The notes under the pieces are model-generated. The model was not told the origin of the DNA, made no database searches, and saw nothing but the letters and a program-made list of their open reading frames with translations. A stretch of DNA of 64,000 nt, from positions 47,897 through 111,896 of the forward strand of contig CAZBTX010000003.1 of assembly GCA_964494945.1 (NCBI GenBank), written 5' to 3'. A program made the translations under genes and the position numbers. The stretch is from an uncultured Candidatus Saccharibacteria bacterium. Its GTDB lineage: Bacteria > Patescibacteriota > Minisyncoccia > Sungbacterales > JACQCQ01. Positions 38,855 through 48,627 of this stretch are shown piece by piece (positions within the stretch are counted from its first letter, which is position 1; each line of letters opens with the position of its first letter).

Positions 38855-39946
38855 TTACGATGATTCAAAGAACCTTTTAATTAGGTTGATTGTTCGCATA
38901 GTTTCTTTTTCCGGGATCTTGCTATCGGTAGGCAGAACTAAAGATTCTTCGGAGATTTTTTCGGCAATCGGGAAATCGCCCCTTTTGTATCCTAGATGTT
39001 CAAACGCGCCGAAATACGGCAGAAGAACTCCGTACTCTATGCGCGCCGTAACCCCACCTCTCTTCAAAAATCTATGCAGTTCACCTCTTTCCTTAGTGAG
39101 AACGACGTATCTGTAGCCGTTGATAAAATAATCGGATTGATGCGCGATTTCGGGGAGCACTAGTTCGTCCATTCCGCGAAGCAATTTCGCATACAAGAAA
39201 TAATTTTTTCGCCATGCATAAACGGTTTTATCCAAATTCTTAAGATTTTCACTCAATATCGCAGCGTGAAATTGGCTTAAACGGCTCGCTACACCAATTA
39301 TGGGATGACGGGTACTTATGTCCCCAGGCCTCGCGCCGTACATCTTCATAAAAAAAATTTTTTCTGCCAGCACGGCGATATTGGTAGCTATCGCGCCGCC
39401 ATCGCCGTAACTGGAAAGAATTTTGGTGGGATTAAAACTGAAGCAGGCCAAGTCGCTGTAATATCCGGGCGATTTCCCTTTATATTTTGAGCCGATGGCT
39501 TGCGCGGCATCTTCAATCAGAAATAGATTATGCTTTTTCGCTATGGCCGAAATTCTTTCCATATCGGCCATCCTGCCGTTTAGATGGACAGCAATTATAG
39601 CTTTCGTTTTTGAAGTAATCGCTTGCTCAATTTTTGTCGGGTCAATATTTAAACTTTCTTTTTCAATATCCACAAAAACCGGTTTCGCGTTAATCCAGGC
39701 AACCGCGCCAGCAGTTGAGAAAAAACTAAGCGCGGGCACAATAACTTCGTCGCCGGGGCCTATCCCTAGCGCTTTTAAGGCAATAATAAGAGCATCCGTC
39801 CCGCTCGCCACACTTATGACGCTATTGATGTCGAGATAATGCGCCAATTTTCTTTCAAAATCAAAGGTTGTACCCCGTGTGACGTTCCCATTCTTAAGAG
39901 TTTTAAAAAAGGACAGCAGGATTTTAATTTTAGAGAGGAGATTCAT
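38855..39946 (-). CDS. DegT/DnrJ/EryC1 aminotransferase
   Basis: SGTDAL, IEDAAQA, SFNPTK, GDGG. Confidence 0.92.
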   Translation of the reverse strand: MNLLSKIKILLSFFKTLKNGNVTRGTTFDFERKLAHYLDINSVISVASGTDALIIALKALGIGPGDEVIVPALSFFSTAGAVAWINAKPVFVDIEKESLNIDPTKIEQAITSKTKAIIAVHLNGRMADMERISAIAKKHNLFLIEDAAQAIGSKYKGKSPGYYSDLACFSFNPTKILSSYGDGGAIATNIAVLAEKIFFMKMYGARPGDISTRHPIIGVASRLSQFHAAILSENLKNLDKTVYAWRKNYFLYAKLLRGMDELVLPEIAHQSDYFINGYRYVVLTKERGELHRFLKRGGVTARIEYGVLLPYFGAFEHLGYKRGDFPIAEKISEESLVLPTDSKIPEKETMRTINLIKRFFESS

Positions 39947-41247
39947 TTAAAATTTTTGATGAATGGGGGGGTTTTGCCGTCCTTGTTCGGCATAATAAAC
40001 GGTACTTTCTCAATAGTGCATGAAACCTCATTGTGGAAAATGTCTTTTAGAGATGCCAATAATCTGGTATCTGAATTCTCTACGTAATATTCTGATGGTG
40101 CAAAACGGAATATAAATTTATCTTGGCTAACCTGTTCCAATTGAAATTTCTTGATTTCTCTATGGAAATATTTCGCAATTAGTGAATTTATTCCAATAAA
40201 TGAGACAAATTTGCCACTTGGGGTTTCAATGCTGGTCGCGGATCGCCCGGTGAATGTAATGGTTTTTGTTTGTTTTCCGCACGGACACGGCTCCGTGCGG
40301 ATAACCCCTCGGTCTCCGATGTCGTAACGTATAAATGGCATGACAAAATTATGAAAATAAGTCACCACAATTCTCCCATTAACTTCTTCCGGTAAGGTAT
40401 TCCCATCATCATCTATTATTTCAGCATAATTTACCCACGGGGTGAGATGGAAATTGCCCCTTTTACACTCAAGTGCTATGGAAGAACATTCGCGTGTGCC
40501 GTAGTTGGAGAATATTTTACCTTGATAAATATTGCGTAGATAATCTCGATCGGTTGGTGTAAGCTGTTCTCCAACAGTACGGATGATTTTTGCACTACAG
40601 AAAAATCCGTCCAACTTAAGGAAATGCGCAAGTCGTTTTAGGTTGGTTGGTGTTCCTATAATTGCTGAAGGATTCGCGTTATTTATAAAACGATAGAGTT
40701 GGTTTTTCCGCGTTTTATCATTTTCTATGTCTGTCTCCGAGAAGCGTGTTCCAAAACTGTTCAATTGTTGATGTGTTTTAAGTCCAAGAATGAGCGCGGG
40801 CTTATCCAATGTGAATCCGAACTCAGAAAATTCATAGATAACACCGGCCTCACGCCATACAAACTCTCGTGAATCCCGGAAAAACTCCAGCGGTTCAGCT
40901 GTGGATCCTGATGTCGTGGTTCGAACACGGTGTTTTAGATTAGAAGTTTTAACTTGGAATGCCTCTCTGCATTTTTTAAGATCGGAGCGCGTAATAATTG
41001 GAAGTTGATAAAATTTTTTATCGGAGATTAGTCTTGGCTCAAAGTGTAATTTCTCAAAAACTGATTCCCAATATGGGGTGCCGCGCGCAGTTCTGAGTAT
41101 GTTTTTCAATCTTGCTTTTTGGATCTTATGCCACGAAGTAGCGGGGAGTGTATTTGCTAGTTCTAGTATATAAGCAAGATACTTTGGGTTTCGATACATC
41201 CAACTCGGGGTACATCCAAGAATAAATTCAAGAAAGAAGTTTTTCAT
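39943..41247 (-). CDS. phenylacetate-CoA ligase-like (CapK-type) adenylating enzyme
   Basis: TSGSTAEP, YGTRE, MPFIRYDIGD, CPCG. Confidence 0.85.
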   Translation of the reverse strand: MKNFFLEFILGCTPSWMYRNPKYLAYILELANTLPATSWHKIQKARLKNILRTARGTPYWESVFEKLHFEPRLISDKKFYQLPIITRSDLKKCREAFQVKTSNLKHRVRTTTSGSTAEPLEFFRDSREFVWREAGVIYEFSEFGFTLDKPALILGLKTHQQLNSFGTRFSETDIENDKTRKNQLYRFINNANPSAIIGTPTNLKRLAHFLKLDGFFCSAKIIRTVGEQLTPTDRDYLRNIYQGKIFSNYGTRECSSIALECKRGNFHLTPWVNYAEIIDDDGNTLPEEVNGRIVVTYFHNFVMPFIRYDIGDRGVIRTEPCPCGKQTKTITFTGRSATSIETPSGKFVSFIGINSLIAKYFHREIKKFQLEQVSQDKFIFRFAPSEYYVENSDTRLLASLKDIFHNEVSCTIEKVPFIMPNKDGKTPPFIKNFK

Positions 41248-41297
41248 TATGTATTGCTAGCGAGAGGGCTTATATCTATGCCTCGCCAGATATACTA

Positions 41298-42569
41298 TCA
41301 TCGTATGTTGACTATTGTTTTTCGTTTGCCGTTAGCCATTGGTTCTATGTAATCTACCAACCTGATTACGAACCGCGATGTGTTATTTGTAAGTTTTTTG
41401 ATATCCAACTTTAATCGTGATACAAGGTCATATCGAATGGGTTCGAACGGAACTATACGGATTTCAAATATCCCCGAAGATCGTGATACGATTTGATATT
41501 GCATCACATAAGCGCTGTAGTGGTTCATGATATCAGCAAATTCAAAATGATGAATTTTGCCTACGCGGGTATTTATGAATGAAGCTACTCTCCCCGCCAA
41601 GTGTAGACGGGGAGATGCTACCCCGCAGGGGCAAGGGGTATTATCTAAGCGTCCATAATCTCCCGTATGGTATCTTATGAACGGCATATTGAAATTGTAT
41701 AGATCTGTAATGATAATATTTCCCGCTACACCGGGTGGTGTAGGAAAACCATTATCATCAACTATTTCTATAAGTAGCGTTTCTTCATTGATGTGAAACC
41801 CCGTTTGATAACCGCACTCTTGCCCAATAGCTCCAAATTCTTCCATACCATATCTATCGTAGACAGTGCATTGGAATAGTTTCTCAATATAGCGTCTAGT
41901 GGCGGGAAATAACTTTTCTCCATAAGAAATTATAAATTTTGGATTGAGCACATTTATCTCACGACTACTCATATACTTAGCTAATTCTAGGAGCACGGAA
42001 GGAAAAGATTCAATAACTTCGGGACTGAAGTTAGATATTTTAGAAAAAGCAACAGCTTTATTTCTAATAATATCTTGTACAGGAATAAAAAGACGGTAAG
42101 AGTGCTTGAATGGCGTCAGACGAATATGGACCATTCTGAGTCCTAGCATTATTTTCTGGAGACTGATCCCCTGCCATATCAAGGACCGGTATCCAAGAAA
42201 ATCGTGATAGTAATTGGGCAATGGGAAGTTGTGGATCACAAATTCAAAAGGTGCGCCAGTGGAGCCTGAAGTTTGTTTGCGCACAAGATGTTCTTGGGAT
42301 AAGGCATTGATGTAATCCGAAGCGCTTCTTTTTCTGAAAGTATTTTTATCAATAATAGGAAGATGGGTGAGTTCTACAATACCTTTGAATTTCTTGGGAG
42401 GGATGTCTATTTCGCGCATAATTCTGCTGTAAAGTGGAACTTTTTCAGCAAAATGCCGTACTAGTTTCTTTAAGCGATGATTTTGCCAGATTTTAACGAA
42501 TCTTCTTGGCATAGTATGAATACTTTTCCACACTTCGAACTCAATTCTATTTGTATACAGAAGTGCCAT
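41298..42569 (-). CDS. phenylacetate-CoA ligase-like (CapK-type) adenylating enzyme
   Basis: TSGSTGAP, YGMEE, MPFIRYHTGD, CPCG. Confidence 0.85.
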   Translation of the reverse strand: MALLYTNRIEFEVWKSIHTMPRRFVKIWQNHRLKKLVRHFAEKVPLYSRIMREIDIPPKKFKGIVELTHLPIIDKNTFRKRSASDYINALSQEHLVRKQTSGSTGAPFEFVIHNFPLPNYYHDFLGYRSLIWQGISLQKIMLGLRMVHIRLTPFKHSYRLFIPVQDIIRNKAVAFSKISNFSPEVIESFPSVLLELAKYMSSREINVLNPKFIISYGEKLFPATRRYIEKLFQCTVYDRYGMEEFGAIGQECGYQTGFHINEETLLIEIVDDNGFPTPPGVAGNIIITDLYNFNMPFIRYHTGDYGRLDNTPCPCGVASPRLHLAGRVASFINTRVGKIHHFEFADIMNHYSAYVMQYQIVSRSSGIFEIRIVPFEPIRYDLVSRLKLDIKKLTNNTSRFVIRLVDYIEPMANGKRKTIVNIR

Positions 42570-42615
42570 GTTTATTTTTCTAAAACCAGGTGCGCTTACT
42601 GGGTTATTACTGAGA

Positions 42616-43020
42616 TTACTTTATTTGGCGCACTTCACCAATGTGCCAAGAGCCGTTTTTGATCAAAGTAATGATGCGGTTATCTATTTTTTTGTTCGTA
42701 TTTATTATAGATGATGACAGTTGTAGTGAATAATATACCTTAGCTAAGTTCTGCCCATAAATGCGAATTAATACATCTTTATATATTGAAACCCCAATAA
42801 CATTAATGTGCTTTTGTATATTTTCTATGAATTGCTCTCTATTAATAAACCTACCATTTATTTCTATAGATGCTTTTAGAGAATAAAACTCTTTAAGTTT
42901 CTCCCAGTTCCTCGTTTTTATCGCGCTCTGTAGTGTAGTTAATAAATTGGCGATTTCTTTTTCCGGGCGAGTCACGGGCTTTTCTAAATAATAGATAGCT
43001 GTGTGCATATTTGTTAACAT
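42616..43020 (-). CDS. NTF2-like (SnoaL/DUF4440) protein
   Basis: AIKTRNWEKLKEFYS ... KNGSWHI pattern. Confidence 0.55.
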   Translation of the reverse strand: MLTNMHTAIYYLEKPVTRPEKEIANLLTTLQSAIKTRNWEKLKEFYSLKASIEINGRFINREQFIENIQKHINVIGVSIYKDVLIRIYGQNLAKVYYSLQLSSSIINTNKKIDNRIITLIKNGSWHIGEVRQIK

Positions 43021-43026
43021 GAAGAT

Positions 43027-43707
43027 TTATTTAACTATTTCCCATATGTCAATATCGCTTCTATAAGGCACTCTAATGCGGCGCGTTACAATAGATACTA
43101 TAACATGCGCAACATCTTTAGCTGGCCTGCCAACGAAGCTTGTCATTGAAGTTGCTGTTGCGTCCGGATTTACAAGATAAATATCCAGGTGAGGATATTC
43201 TGCCGCTAAGGATTTAGTGAAACCACGAATGCCGAACTTTGAGGCACAATACGTTGCAAGATTTGCACTTCCGAATTTACTAAAACGGCTACCAATATTT
43301 ATAACCATTTCCTCAACATACGGTAAATACCTTTGTGTTAGTAATATTGGTCCCCAAAGATTGATTTGCAGTATTTTTTGTATTTCATTGTCAGTTCGTT
43401 TCAACAGAGAGCCATAGAAATTTATCCCAGCGTTATTAATTAAGATAGATATTGAGCCGTACCATTTAATGACTTGTTTTAGTGTTATATTGATACTTGC
43501 GGGATTTTGTAAATCTAGTTTAAGCAAGTGCACGTTAGGAGAACCGAGCCTAAGACATTCTTTAGCTATGCGCGTTGCGGTATGGTGCTTTCTGTGATAC
43601 CCAAGTATAAGAATTGCTCGCTCTTTTGCTAACTCTAGCGCGGTTGCTTCACCAATTCCTCCTGTAGCTCCTGTTAGTAATATGACCTTATTCTCTAAAC
43701 TTTTCAT
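43027..43707 (-). CDS. short-chain dehydrogenase/reductase
   Basis: TGATGGIG, NNAG, YCASK. Confidence 0.92.
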   Translation of the reverse strand: MKSLENKVILLTGATGGIGEATALELAKERAILILGYHRKHHTATRIAKECLRLGSPNVHLLKLDLQNPASINITLKQVIKWYGSISILINNAGINFYGSLLKRTDNEIQKILQINLWGPILLTQRYLPYVEEMVINIGSRFSKFGSANLATYCASKFGIRGFTKSLAAEYPHLDIYLVNPDATATSMTSFVGRPAKDVAHVIVSIVTRRIRVPYRSDIDIWEIVK

Positions 43708-44248
43708 ATATTGACCAATGTATTTATTGAACGCCCTTACTTACTTTAATTAATAATAGACTGCGTTTCCCTGTGCGTATAAGAAATCAAAATAACCAAT
43801 CTCTTAAATCATGACCCGCTGGCTTAATTAATTCGGTATGCATCGTTGAATCTTCAGATAACTGCAGTGAACTTACTTAATTGTATTCAGCCTCTTTAGG
43901 GATTGATATCCTCGGCCAGGGAAGCTTATAGATAGTATAACCCCCGCACACTTCTCGTGCGGGGTCTGTGCTTGATACCGGGGGTTACATTTGAGGATTT
44001 ACCCCCCGTAGAGAAAGAAATCCCAGTTGTGCTTCTTCAACCCAAACGCTACTTTTTGAGTGTTTAGCCATCTGAAATAGGCGTTAAGAAAATAATATTA
44101 GTTTTATCCATTTGTAATTTGCGAGCATCTTTTAGTTAAAATGAGATAAAGATTAGAAAGATTAGTAAAACTATTAAGATCAAGATAAAGAAGAAAAAGC
44201 CGACCCCCTTTATCTTGGAGTCGGCTCTGTTGCGGCCGCGTAGCGGTC

Positions 44249-44716
44249 TTACTTCACCTTGTAGAACTTCCCCTCCCACGTCACCTTCCGGAGCTCGCCG
44301 GTTCCTCGCAGCATGCCGCCGAAAGTGGGAGAGTACTCCAAATCCCACTTGATCGTGCTCTCCGTTCCACCCTCGAGCTTGAGCTTGAGCTTCTTGTAGT
44401 CGGCGTCGAGGAACGCGGTACCGCTCATGGGGATGTTTCTGTTGCGGTTTGTGTACTGCAGATCGACGTTACCGGCGTCGTCGATCCTCTCCACCACGAA
44501 GATGGTGGGATTCATGCCGTCGTCGTACTTCCACTTGCCGAGGAGCGGCCGGAACTTCTCCGGGGTCTCGGAGGTGGACGCCTTCACAGCATCCTTGGGG
44601 GCACCCTCCTGCGCGACGACCGGGGCCTGCTGGGCCGCGGTGATGGTCGTGAACGTGAACACGTTCACGAGCGCGAACAGCGCGATGATGGGAGTGATAG
44701 CGGTGAGGTTCTTCAT
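44249..44716 (-). CDS. hypothetical secreted protein
   Basis: Signal peptide; high GC; GGGAG SD. Confidence 0.65.
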   Translation of the reverse strand: MKNLTAITPIIALFALVNVFTFTTITAAQQAPVVAQEGAPKDAVKASTSETPEKFRPLLGKWKYDDGMNPTIFVVERIDDAGNVDLQYTNRNRNIPMSGTAFLDADYKKLKLKLEGGTESTIKWDLEYSPTFGGMLRGTGELRKVTWEGKFYKVK

Positions 44717-44741
44717 GGTCTTCTCCCTGTGTTGTGGCGGC

Positions 44742-45089
44742 CTATGTCCCACCACCCTTGACGATCTTGCGGGTCATCTCGTCAACCCCATCGGTTGAAT
44801 CCGGGCTGACGGCGACGCATCTGTGAGTTGCCCAGTCGTACTTCCCGTCCTCCGTGCCGCAGAGGGCGTCCAGGGCCCAGTCGATCCACGTCTCTTCCGG
44901 CTTGGCGCTGTCAAAGCGCGGCCAGTTGGCTGGTGCTGGCGCGAGCACACTGCCGCTACGAGACGTTTCTCCCCCCTGCGCGACGACCGGGGCCTGCTGG
45001 GCCACGGCGGGACTCGTGAACGTGAACACGTTCACGAAGACGAGCGCGAGAACCGTGATGATGGGAAAGAGCGGACGCTTCGTGGTCAT
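44742..45089 (-). CDS. hypothetical secreted protein
   Basis: Signal peptide related to that of the 44716 gene; GGAGG SD. Confidence 0.6.
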   Translation of the reverse strand: MTTKRPLFPIITVLALVFVNVFTFTSPAVAQQAPVVAQGGETSRSGSVLAPAPANWPRFDSAKPEETWIDWALDALCGTEDGKYDWATHRCVAVSPDSTDGVDEMTRKIVKGGGT

Positions 45090-45283
45090 TGCGGAACCTC
45101 CCATGGTTCGGGCTGGACCTAGAAGTCGTTTGTTGAGTATATTCTATATACTCTATTCCATTAAAAATGTCAAGTTTAGCTTAAAAATACGGCTTTTCTA
45201 TAAAAACCCCTCAAACACCACACGAAACATCAAAAACTCCCAATAACTCTTACTCCCCGTGTACTGTTCTCTAATACTATTCT

Positions 45284-45557
45284 CTAATTCGTGCGAATTA
45301 GCGCATAAGGAGAAAAACCAAGCCACCTAGATTGTGTCAGATCTAAATTGTATCAGCTAAAGCCACCAATTATTTAGCCATTTCATACCCACGAGAATTC
45401 GCATAAATTTAACCCCCATTAGCAAATACCATTCTGGCACGATTACACTCTCTCCGACAAGCAAGGGATTAAATGGAGCTGGCAGAAACCAAGCAAACCC
45501 AACTCCCACCCATATACTTAATTCATATATCCCTAATTCGCACGAATTAGGGATATA
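45284..45557. repeat. pair of CTAATTC-N4-GAATTAG palindromic sites in inverted orientation
   Basis: ctaattcgtgcgaattag (45284-45301) and tatatccctaattcgcacgaattagggatata (45526-45557). Confidence 0.65.
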
Positions 45558-45619
45558 GTTAATTACCTATGGAGGGGTTTTCTCCGGATGATTGATGATT
45601 TTTTAGGAGATTTTAACTA

Positions 45620-46309
45620 CTACACCCGCGAGGAGGGGCAAATGTTTTTTAGGGGGCACTGGGCGCATTTGGGATTTTGGGCAATACACGTTCCGCGCCC
45701 AAGGTCTACCAAAAGCGTATTGACCTTGGGCCAGAGTTTTTTATTCGGCACCAGCGCCATTAAATCCTTTTCTATCTTTTTGGGGTCGTCATGCTCGGTA
45801 AATCCCAAACGCTGGGCCAGGCGCGCGGCGTGAGTATCAATAGCAATGCCGGAAATGACGCCATGTACGTTCCAAAGTACGATATTCGCGGTTTTTCTGG
45901 CTACTCCCCGGAGCCGCAAAATTTCCGGCATGGTTTTCGGGATTTTGCCGCCGAACTCGTTGCGGAGCATTTTGGCTGATGTCAAAATAGATTTGGCTTT
46001 GGAGTGGAAAAGTCCTACTTGCGATATCTCTTTTTCAAATGTTTTGGGGTCGGCATTCGCAAAATCATTCACGGTCTTGTATTTTTTGAAAAGATGGTTT
46101 TGCGTTATTTCATTGACTTTTTTATCGGTGGATTGCGCCGACATTATAACAGTAGCCAGCATCTGCATCGGTGTTTTAAAGAGCAATGCGGTTTTGGAAC
46201 GAGGATTTAGTTTATTAAGAATTGCCAAAACCCTAGCCGCCCGCTTTTTCTTGGCGGCTACGGACTCTTTTTTAATCCAAGATTTCTTGTATTCGTTATA
46301 TTCGCCCAC
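45620..46309 (-). CDS. nth: endonuclease III
   Basis: SAQSTD, HhH LRGVARKTA, IDTH, CIAQNPKCAQCPLKNIC FeS motif. Confidence 0.95.
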   Translation of the reverse strand: MGEYNEYKKSWIKKESVAAKKKRAARVLAILNKLNPRSKTALLFKTPMQMLATVIMSAQSTDKKVNEITQNHLFKKYKTVNDFANADPKTFEKEISQVGLFHSKAKSILTSAKMLRNEFGGKIPKTMPEILRLRGVARKTANIVLWNVHGVISGIAIDTHAARLAQRLGFTEHDDPKKIEKDLMALVPNKKLWPKVNTLLVDLGRGTCIAQNPKCAQCPLKNICPSSRV

Positions 46310-46312
46310 AAT

Positions 46313-47386
46313 CTATTTCCTTTCTTCAAGGATTACAGAGATTTCTATTTCTTTCGCGTCGCGCAGGATTTTCAATTTTATTTCATCGCCGATTTTGGCG
46401 TTTTCCAGGATATCTTCAAGCACGTTGGTTTCCGAAAGCTCTTTGCCGTTAACTTCCAGAACAATGTCGCCCTCGCGAACGCCGGCTTTATCCGCGGGAC
46501 TTCCCCGCATGATCGCCGGGCGGCCGGGCAATTCCTCGCCACGCACCAAAACGCCTTTTTCCACCGGCAATTTTAATTTTTCTTTTAGTCCCTGACTTAT
46601 AGGAATGTAACGTACGCCGAGATACGGCTTTTTTAGATAGCCGAATTTTTTTATGTCAGCTAAGTCCTTTTTGGCTTTGTTTACGGGAATAGCGAACCCA
46701 ATGTTGGAAGCTCCAAAAACCATGGCCGAGTTAATACCTATAACCTCGCCCGTCAAATTAACCAAGGGGCCGCCGGAGTTCCCGGGATTTATGGCGGCAT
46801 CGGTCTGGATTAGTCCCCGCAAATGTTCGGGCGCGCCGTCACCGTCAGAAAAGGCCGTGATAAATCGCGAAAGTCCGGAAATAATCCCGGCTGACGCCGA
46901 ATTTTTAAATTCACCCAGAGCGTTCCCCAGCGCTATCACGCTCTGACCCAATAAAATTTTTCCGGAGTCACCCAGTTCGGCAGTCGGCAGATTGTTTTCT
47001 TCAATTTTTAGTATAGCCACGTCGTTCAAAGGGTCGCGCGCGAGGACTTTTGCTGTGTAGCGATCTTCAGCAGCGGTGGTGATAGTGTATTCGGCATCCG
47101 CGTCAATCACCACGTGCTTATTAGTCAAAATTAATCCGTCAGACGAAATAATAAACCCGGAGCCGTAGCCAACTCTCACCTTGCCCGATTCGGTTTTCGG
47201 CATATGACTTACGATCTCCTTTCTATCAACATCTTCATTTTCTTCTCGCGCCGAACTTTCAATTTCCTGCCACACGGCCTCTGGTATGGAACGCTGAACA
47301 GCGCCGGCCTCTTTGCCTATCATGATGGAGACCACCGCCGGCAAGGTCTTTTTAATGGCGGAAATGATTTGTTCTTCGTGGGTCAT
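46313..47386 (-). CDS. HtrA/DegP-family serine protease with PDZ domain
   Basis: GSGFI, TNKHV, QTDAAINPGNSGGPL, PDZ domain. Confidence 0.92.
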   Translation of the reverse strand: MTHEEQIISAIKKTLPAVVSIMIGKEAGAVQRSIPEAVWQEIESSAREENEDVDRKEIVSHMPKTESGKVRVGYGSGFIISSDGLILTNKHVVIDADAEYTITTAAEDRYTAKVLARDPLNDVAILKIEENNLPTAELGDSGKILLGQSVIALGNALGEFKNSASAGIISGLSRFITAFSDGDGAPEHLRGLIQTDAAINPGNSGGPLVNLTGEVIGINSAMVFGASNIGFAIPVNKAKKDLADIKKFGYLKKPYLGVRYIPISQGLKEKLKLPVEKGVLVRGEELPGRPAIMRGSPADKAGVREGDIVLEVNGKELSETNVLEDILENAKIGDEIKLKILRDAKEIEISVILEERK

Positions 47387-47547
47387 GTAGACATTATATA
47401 GTGAATAAGGTATAGGGAATAGGTAAGGTAAGCACAAATATCAAAGCTCAAAATCCAAAACAAATCTAAAGTTCAAATGTTTAAAAACTTTTGGAATTAG
47501 GATTTATGAATTGATTTGGATTTTGTACTTTGGATTTATTAGTATAG

Positions 47548-47622
47548 GCCCTCGTAGTTCAACGGATAGAACTGCACACTCCTAACGTGCCGATTGAGGT
47601 TCGACTCCTCACGAGGGCGCCA
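47548..47622 (+). tRNA. tRNA-Arg(CCT)
   Basis: Acceptor GCCCTCG/CGAGGGC, loop CTCCTAA, TTCGA T-loop, CCA. Confidence 0.92.
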
Positions 47623-47676
47623 GTGGATCGTTAACAACCAGAATATAATTCAACGTCAAACAAGATGGAGGTTGAC

Positions 47677-48222
47677 ATGCCGAAGCTCGCGGATGTCCTG
47701 CCGGCAGAAGCCAAGACCATTTTTGACGCCAACCCGCTGGACTGGAGTTTCTGCTACGCTAAGGAACGGCTGGCGCGTCTCTATCCGTTCGCTGTAGCGG
47801 ATGTTATCTGGGACGACGGGAGCGGTCTTTATTTGGTCAACGTGGCGCGCTGTCTCGAGGAGTACCCGCGTTTTCAGCACGGGGTCCCGGTAACGATGGC
47901 CAAGCTCTACTGGAAAGAGCCGCCGTCTTTTAAGCATCGCCATTCTTTCCGCGCGCCAGCCACGGCTGGCGTCACAACGCTTCGGGTGACAACAGTGCTA
48001 ACGCCCGCAGAGCTCGCGCACAGTTTCGAGATGGTCGTCCCGGATTTGCTTTGGGGCTGGCTGGAGCGTCGCCGCCGGGCGATCTTCGGTGATGCCGAAA
48101 GCAAGTCAAAGGTATCCTTCACCTTCTTCGCGGAGCACATCCGCGTTGAGGTTGAGGGAGCCGAGAATAGGCCCGATCTTTTCGTCGTCTCACTCGCGCT
48201 GGGCGACTGGGACGACTATTAG
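47677..48222 (+). CDS. hypothetical protein
   Basis: GGAGG SD; high GC; hairpin with T-run downstream. Confidence 0.6.
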   Translation: MPKLADVLPAEAKTIFDANPLDWSFCYAKERLARLYPFAVADVIWDDGSGLYLVNVARCLEEYPRFQHGVPVTMAKLYWKEPPSFKHRHSFRAPATAGVTTLRVTTVLTPAELAHSFEMVVPDLLWGWLERRRRAIFGDAESKSKVSFTFFAEHIRVEVEGAENRPDLFVVSLALGDWDDY

Positions 48223-48280
48223 GCAGATTCTATCTGCACCCCACCCCGGCGTAGACACGCCGGGATGGGGCAACTTTTTC

Positions 48281-48309
48281 TTGACACAACTTGTCGCTAG
48301 GTTTACTTT
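48281..48309 (+). promoter_or_regulatory. putative sigma70 promoter of the exporter operon
   Basis: TTGACA-17nt-TACTTT. Confidence 0.5.
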
Positions 48310-48369
48310 TAATCATGATTTCATACTTTTCATATTTTCACTCAGTTAGAGATTTAAGATGCATTGTCT

Positions 48370-48627
48370 ATGAAAAAATCCAAGTCAATATTCCCCGGCA
48401 ATCACACCTTCTACGGTTCTACGGTCGTGGGTGCTAGGGGACAAATGGTAATTCCTATTAAGGCCCGGCGGGACCTTAAACTAAAGACCGGCGAGGAGCT
48501 TTTGGTTTCGGGAATGCACGGCCGGTTTTTAATGATAATGAAGATTTCCGAGATAAAAGGTGTCATGGAAGAGCTTTCCGCCAAGGTTAAAGAATTTCAG
48601 AAGATTTTGACGAAAGTAAAAAAATGA
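48370..48627 (+). CDS. AbrB/MazE/SpoVT-family DNA-binding protein
   Basis: VGARGQMVIPIKARRDLKLKTGE. Confidence 0.85.
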   Translation: MKKSKSIFPGNHTFYGSTVVGARGQMVIPIKARRDLKLKTGEELLVSGMHGRFLMIMKISEIKGVMEELSAKVKEFQKILTKVKK

